Shown in pieces: positions 59,557 to 64,000 of a stretch of DNA of 64,000 bases. The notes under the pieces are model-generated. The model was not told the origin of the DNA. It was given only the letters and a program-made list of their open reading frames with translations, and ran no database searches. This DNA comes from Acidimicrobiia bacterium. Lineage in GTDB: Bacteria > Actinomycetota > Acidimicrobiia > Acidimicrobiales > JANYDT01. Each line of letters begins with the position of its first letter. Position 1 is the first letter of the stretch. The translations under genes were made by a program, and so were the position numbers. The stretch covers positions 1,244-65,243 of the forward strand of contig JANMZO010000145.1 in NCBI GenBank assembly GCA_031383405.1, read 5' to 3'.

Positions 59557-61065
59557 ATGGGTGTAGCCAACGGCACGTCGCTGGTCGAGATGCGTGGCAT
59601 ACATCGTCGCTTCGGGGACACGCACGCCCTCCGGGGGGTGGATCTGACGCTGCGAGCGGGTGAGATCCACGCGCTGCTCGGATCAAACGGAGCCGGCAAG
59701 ACAACGCTCGTGCGAATTCTGGCGGGCCTCGATCGGCCAGACGAAGGTACGGTCAGCGTCGATGGTCAACTGGTCGAGCGGTTTGACCCGAAACGGCTTC
59801 GGTCGATGGGCGTTGCCCTGGTGCAGCAACATTTCACCCTGGTGCCGACCCTCACGGCGTCGGAGAACCTTGTGCTTGCCCGCCCCGACGGATGGCGGCG
59901 TGGATCCGCTCGGAACGAATCGGCGCGTTTGAAACGGTTGATTGCCCAGACGGGGTTGTCGGTCCGAGATGATGTGCCGGCGGGTCGGTTGTCGGTGGGA
60001 GAGCAGCAGCGTCTTGAACTACTGCGCGCCCTCGACGCCGATGCGCGTGTGTTGCTGTTGGATGAGCCGACGGCGGTGCTCACCGATCACGAGGCGGAGT
60101 CGCTTCTGTCGGTGTGTCGAAGCTTGGCTGCCGAGGGGCGTGCGCTCGCCTTTATAAGTCACCGGCTCGCTGAAGTGTTCGACGGCGCCGACCGGGTGAC
60201 GGTCCTGGCGGAGGGCCGCGAAGTCCTACGGGACGAACCGGTCACGGGTCATAGCCGATCGAGTCTGGCCAGCGCCATGATCGGTCACGAGAGTTCGGGA
60301 ACCTTCACAGATCGGGGTGGTCGCGAAGGCACCCGCGCTGAAGGTCGACTCGTGCTGACGGGAATCGAACTCGGTCGGTTGAAGGGCATCAACCTGTCCG
60401 TGGCCGGCGGAGAGATTGTGGGCGTCGCCGGCGTCGACGGCAACGGTCAGTCTGACCTTGAAGCGGCTGTTTCGGCGCGGGCGGAGGTGAAGGTCGGTCG
60501 TGTAGAACTCGACGGCCTGGCGCTGATCCCCGGGAAGCCCCGAAGTCGGCGAACCCGCGGCCTGGCCTACATTCCGTCGGACCGTTACCAGTTCGGTCTG
60601 ATCGGCTCGATGGACCTGTCGGACAATTTGGATCTTGGCCGGGTTCCAAGATGGAGAAAGTCCCGAGCCACGCGTCGGGCGGGGAGTGTGAGAGAACTGG
60701 CGTTGTGGGACGTTCGCACGTCCGGTCCGGACGCGAGGGCTTCGTCGTTGTCGGGTGGAAACGCCCAGAAGCTGGTGCTCGCTAGGGAGCTCGACGGCAC
60801 ACCGAAAGCGGTACTTGCGTGTTACCCGACCCGCGGCCTTGACCCGGGTGCCGCTGACAGTGTCGCAGCGCGCCTGGTCCGCTGCGCAAGCGAAGGCGCC
60901 GCGGTGCTGTGGATTGGAGCTGAGCTCGATGAGCTTCTCGCGGTTGCCGATCGGATCGTCGTGCTCGCCGGTGGACAGCTGCTCGGGCCGTTCTTCCCTC
61001 CCTATGACCGTGGAGCGATCGGGCTTGCGATGGCCGGCGAGTACGAGGGGGTGGTGGCTCGATGA
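59557..61065 (+). CDS. ABC transporter ATP-binding protein (duplicated ATPase, sugar/nucleoside type)
   Basis: ATG 59557 after GGAGGG. Walker A 'GSNGAGKTTL', signature 'LSVGEQQRLE', and a second domain 'LSGGNAQKLVLAREL'. Confidence 0.9.
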   Translation: MGVANGTSLVEMRGIHRRFGDTHALRGVDLTLRAGEIHALLGSNGAGKTTLVRILAGLDRPDEGTVSVDGQLVERFDPKRLRSMGVALVQQHFTLVPTLTASENLVLARPDGWRRGSARNESARLKRLIAQTGLSVRDDVPAGRLSVGEQQRLELLRALDADARVLLLDEPTAVLTDHEAESLLSVCRSLAAEGRALAFISHRLAEVFDGADRVTVLAEGREVLRDEPVTGHSRSSLASAMIGHESSGTFTDRGGREGTRAEGRLVLTGIELGRLKGINLSVAGGEIVGVAGVDGNGQSDLEAAVSARAEVKVGRVELDGLALIPGKPRSRRTRGLAYIPSDRYQFGLIGSMDLSDNLDLGRVPRWRKSRATRRAGSVRELALWDVRTSGPDARASSLSGGNAQKLVLARELDGTPKAVLACYPTRGLDPGAADSVAARLVRCASEGAAVLWIGAELDELLAVADRIVVLAGGQLLGPFFPPYDRGAIGLAMAGEYEGVVAR

Positions 61066-62174
61066 GCACCGTGACGGCGGACCAGCCGGGACCTCCCCCG
61101 AGAACTCCCCCGGGAGGATTCGTTGCCGGTCTTGGCCGCCGGGCCACGTCAGGGGGCATGGTCTCGCAGGTCCTCGTGCCGGTCACCGCGGTGCTAGCGG
61201 CGCTCCTCGTGGGCGGTGTGCTGATCGCGCTCGACGGTGTAAACCCCCTTTCGGCTTACCGTGAAATTCTGCGCGCGGTGTTTCTCGGCAAACGCGGGCT
61301 GTCTGACACAGCGACGGCCGCAACACCGTTGATCCTCGTCGGACTGGGATACTCGATTGCGTACCGGGCTCGCGTGTTTACGATCGGTGGCGAAGGTCAG
61401 TACCTGATCGGGGCTATCGCCGGCACGGCATGGGTGACCGCGGGCGGGGTCCGCAACTGGCCGGGCTTTTCGTTGATCGCAACCGGGCTTCTCGTCGCCG
61501 CGATTGGCGGTGCTGTCTGGGGCGGAATCGCCGGTTGGCTGCAGACCCGGTTCGGAGCCAACGTGGTCATCTCCAGCCTCATGCTCGTCTATGTGGCCGA
61601 TTCCGTTCTGCAGTGGGCTGTGCGTACGGGCATTCGCGATCCAAGCTCGTTTGTCCCCAACAGCCGACCGCTCCTTGCGGCGGAACTTCCGAGGCTTCCC
61701 GGAACCAGCACGCATATCGGCTTTGCCATCGCCGTGGTGCTCGTGCCGATGGCGACGGTTTTCATGGCCCGCCACCGCGGCGGGTTCCGGGTGATCGCGA
61801 CCGGCTTCAATCCGAATGCGCTCGACGCCAACGAGATCAGCAAGAAAAAGATCGTGATGCTGGTCATGTTGATCGCCGGTGGGTTGGCCGGCCTCGCCGG
61901 TATGGTCGAAACCGCCGGGGCCAGTGGCCGCCTTGGCGCTGCCGCTTCGGTGGGCTTCGGGTTCGAGGCCATCATCGTGGCGATGATCGGCCGTCTTCAC
62001 CCGATCGGTGTGGCGATTGCCGCCCTCGGTCTGGCCGCTCTCACGATTGGGTTTGAGTCGACCCAGCGGGTCCTTGATGTGCCCTCGACGCTCGTCGGCG
62101 TGATTACAGCCCTCATAGTTGTGTTTGTCGTGATTGGTGATGCCTTGGCCAATCGGGGAAGGGAGGGCCGTTGA
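61062..62174 (+). CDS. ABC transporter permease
   Basis: 370-aa polytopic protein whose start overlaps the ATPase stop. Confidence 0.85.
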   Translation: MSTVTADQPGPPPRTPPGGFVAGLGRRATSGGMVSQVLVPVTAVLAALLVGGVLIALDGVNPLSAYREILRAVFLGKRGLSDTATAATPLILVGLGYSIAYRARVFTIGGEGQYLIGAIAGTAWVTAGGVRNWPGFSLIATGLLVAAIGGAVWGGIAGWLQTRFGANVVISSLMLVYVADSVLQWAVRTGIRDPSSFVPNSRPLLAAELPRLPGTSTHIGFAIAVVLVPMATVFMARHRGGFRVIATGFNPNALDANEISKKKIVMLVMLIAGGLAGLAGMVETAGASGRLGAAASVGFGFEAIIVAMIGRLHPIGVAIAALGLAALTIGFESTQRVLDVPSTLVGVITALIVVFVVIGDALANRGREGR

Positions 62175-62175
62175 G

Positions 62176-63048
62176 ATGAATGTGTTGTTCACGATTGCGA
62201 CGCTGGAGGCGGCGATACGGCTTTCGATTCCGGTGGCTCTAGCGGCACTCGGTGCGCTGCTTTCGGAGCGCACCGGCGTGTTGAACCTCGGGCTCGAAGG
62301 AATGATGCTGTCGGGTGCCTTCGCCGGCTACACGGCGAACGAGATGACGGGCTCGCCGTGGGTCGGACTACTCGCCGGAATCGTGGTCGGGTGTGGATTT
62401 GGCGCGTTGCTGGCGTTGGCGGTCGTGACGATTCGCGCGAATCAGGTGGTTACCGGAATTGCCTTCACCCTGCTTGCCTCGTCGGGCACGACGTACCTGT
62501 TTCAGCTTAAGTACTCGATCGGACAGAAACCGCCGCGGGTGGAGCGGCTGGGTATGCCACCACTTGTCGCGATCACATTGGCGTGTGTCGCCGCTTTGTG
62601 GTTCTTGTTCCAACGCACCACGGTGGGGCTCGCGATGGCGGCCACGGGCGAGTCGCCGGGGGCGGCCGACGCGCTTGGGTATCGCGTCGTTCGGTTGCGT
62701 TGGATCGCGACGACCATCGGTGGTGGTCTCGCCGGGCTCGGTGGGGCCGCGTTGACATGCGGTCCGCTCGGGTTGTTCATCCGAAACGTCACCGCCGGAC
62801 GCGGGTGGGTGGCCCTGGCCCTTGTGGTGTTCGCCGGTTGGCGGCCGGGTACAGCAGTTGCCGGTGCGTTTCTTTTCGGATTGTGCGATGCGAGTCAGCT
62901 CCGCCTTCAGGGAACCAAAACCGAAATTCCCTACGAGGTTTTTCTTGCTCTCCCCTACATGGTCACCCTCGCGGCTTTGGTGCTTCGCGCCCGGGCCAGT
63001 CGGACACCGGCAGCGCTCGCCGTCGCGTTTGTTCGAGGCGCGCATTGA
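62176..63048 (+). CDS. ABC transporter permease
   Basis: ATG 62176, 1 nt after the preceding TGA, reading 'MNVLFTIATLEAAIRLSIPVALAALG'. The track ORF starts at 62134. Confidence 0.85.
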   Translation: MNVLFTIATLEAAIRLSIPVALAALGALLSERTGVLNLGLEGMMLSGAFAGYTANEMTGSPWVGLLAGIVVGCGFGALLALAVVTIRANQVVTGIAFTLLASSGTTYLFQLKYSIGQKPPRVERLGMPPLVAITLACVAALWFLFQRTTVGLAMAATGESPGAADALGYRVVRLRWIATTIGGGLAGLGGAALTCGPLGLFIRNVTAGRGWVALALVVFAGWRPGTAVAGAFLFGLCDASQLRLQGTKTEIPYEVFLALPYMVTLAALVLRARASRTPAALAVAFVRGAH

Positions 63049-63144
63049 CGCCGCTCGTTGGCGCCCTTTTTGGTGCCGCGCGTTTGAGGTCCGGCTAAGG
63101 ATGCAATCCTCGGCCCTTTGGCTCAAGGCCCGCCGCGCGTATCG

Positions 63145-63366
63145 TTACGGTGCGTCGAAGCCGTTTGCCTTATGGGAAGCGTCGCAGAACGGCTTGTTCT
63201 TGCTCGCGCCACAGCGACAGAAGGCCACCCGACCTCCCCGGTCGATCTCGACGCCGTCGGTTCCTATCACGGTGACGTCGCCTTGCACGAGCATCGGGCC
63301 GTTCGGCCGGAGCGTGATGGTCGCGTTGCTGGGCGCGGTTGGTTGAGTGGCGTCGGGTGAAGTCAT
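63145..63366 (-). CDS. CDGSH iron-sulfur domain protein
   Basis: 'CRCGASKNKPFCDASH' CDGSH-type [2Fe-2S] motif; 73 aa. Confidence 0.85.
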   Translation of the reverse strand: MTSPDATQPTAPSNATITLRPNGPMLVQGDVTVIGTDGVEIDRGGRVAFCRCGASKNKPFCDASHKANGFDAP

Positions 63367-63498
63367 CTCTCCACAGTAGGTGAGAAACGGTTCGTCACCC
63401 GTCCGGGGTCCGTGGTTCGTACTCCTTGCACCCCCGTTTGGTGGAGTCCGGATTCACAGGGAGTTGCGCTGTGAACGACAATGGCGTGGACTGGCCCC

Positions 63499-64000
63499 AT
63501 GCTTGAGGGATATCGCGTCGTCGAACTCGCAATTTGGGTGGCCGGTCCGGCGGCCGGTGGATTGTTGGCCGATTGGGGTGCCGATGTGATCAAAGTCGAG
63601 GGTCCTAGCGGCGACCCGATGAGGGAGGCGTTCAAAGCCATCGGCGTCGACCGGGAACGGGTACCGCCGTACGAGCTCGACAACCGTGGCAAACGGTGTG
63701 TTGAACTGGACCTCACGACCGAAGCGGGTCGTGAGGATATGGATGCCCTTCTGCGGACCGCCGACGTGTTCATCACGAATCTCCGCATGCCGGCGCTTGA
63801 GAAACTTGGCCTGAGTATCGATGTCGTCCGCGAGCGGTTTCCGCGTCTCATCTATGCGGCTGTGACCGGTTACGGACTCGAAGGACCCGACCGCGACCGC
63901 GCCGGCTATGACATCGGTGCGTTCTGGGCCAGGTCCTCCCTTGCGCACACCCACGCGGTGGGCGACGACCTGCCAATCGGATTGCGTTCCGCGGTGGGCG
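63499..64000 (+). CDS. Family III CoA-transferase (CaiB/BaiF type), 3' end off window
   Basis: Absent from the ORF track because no stop falls within the window. My translation: 'MLEGYRVVELAIWVAGPAAGGLLADWGADVIKVEGPSGDPMRE...NRGKRCVELDLTTEAGREDMDALLRTADVFITNLRMPALEKLGL...YAAVTGYG'. Alternative ATG at 63481. Confidence 0.8.
   Translation, partial: MLEGYRVVELAIWVAGPAAGGLLADWGADVIKVEGPSGDPMREAFKAIGVDRERVPPYELDNRGKRCVELDLTTEAGREDMDALLRTADVFITNLRMPALEKLGLSIDVVRERFPRLIYAAVTGYGLEGPDRDRAGYDIGAFWARSSLAHTHAVGDDLPIGLRSAVG

Noticed and set aside
61194-62273. 359-aa antisense ORF over the ABC permease genes. The same reasoning applies to 58548-59699, 37086-38186, 16601-17323, 8569-9357 and 7308-8258.
   Set aside because: All lie opposite strongly supported genes and have skewed Arg/His/Pro/Gly composition without motifs.

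Overview
High-GC actinobacterial chromosome segment spanning the replication origin; the taxon is a guess, possibly a deep-branching Actinomycetota. All calls come from reading the sequence and ORF translations; no database searches or computations were run.

Core genes:
- Minus strand: gyrA, gyrB, DUF721/dciA, recF, dnaN, putative oriC, dnaA.
- Plus strand: rpmH, rnpA, yidD, yidC, jag, rsmG, two parS sites, parA, parB.
- Further right: trxA/trxB, an ECF sigma factor with a ZAS anti-sigma factor, a Ser/Thr kinase, DegV, MurJ, an Rv3909-like protein, a GNAT, the CCA-adding enzyme, two flavodoxin-like quinone reductases, DUF5318, PBP1A, panB and glutaminyl cyclase.
- Then rpsF-ssb-rpsR-rplI and an intein-containing dnaB.
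- The gene order closely parallels Mycobacterium tuberculosis Rv0001-Rv0007, Rv3907c-Rv3924c and Rv0050-Rv0058.

Accessory regions:
1. Left end: a degenerate PurK-like fragment, an intact IS30 element abutting the 3' remnant of a tyrosine-integrase gene, and an orphan proteasome-beta-like Ntn hydrolase with a translationally coupled 49-codon ORF next to tRNA-Ala.
2. 46.9-53.5 kb: a 1510-aa TIR / STAND NTPase / TM helix / beta-propeller protein, divergently paired with a pore-loop / RCK / RyR-domain membrane protein. This is my top candidate for an undescribed signalling or defence module.
3. 53.5-63 kb: an NdmCDE-like split Rieske oxygenase set (a Rieske-less oxygenase, a Rieske-reductase fusion and a GST-Rieske oxygenase fusion) followed by a BMP-family ABC transporter.

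A 63-66-nt repeat occurs five times at three positions, each immediately 3' of a gene and in the same orientation as it.
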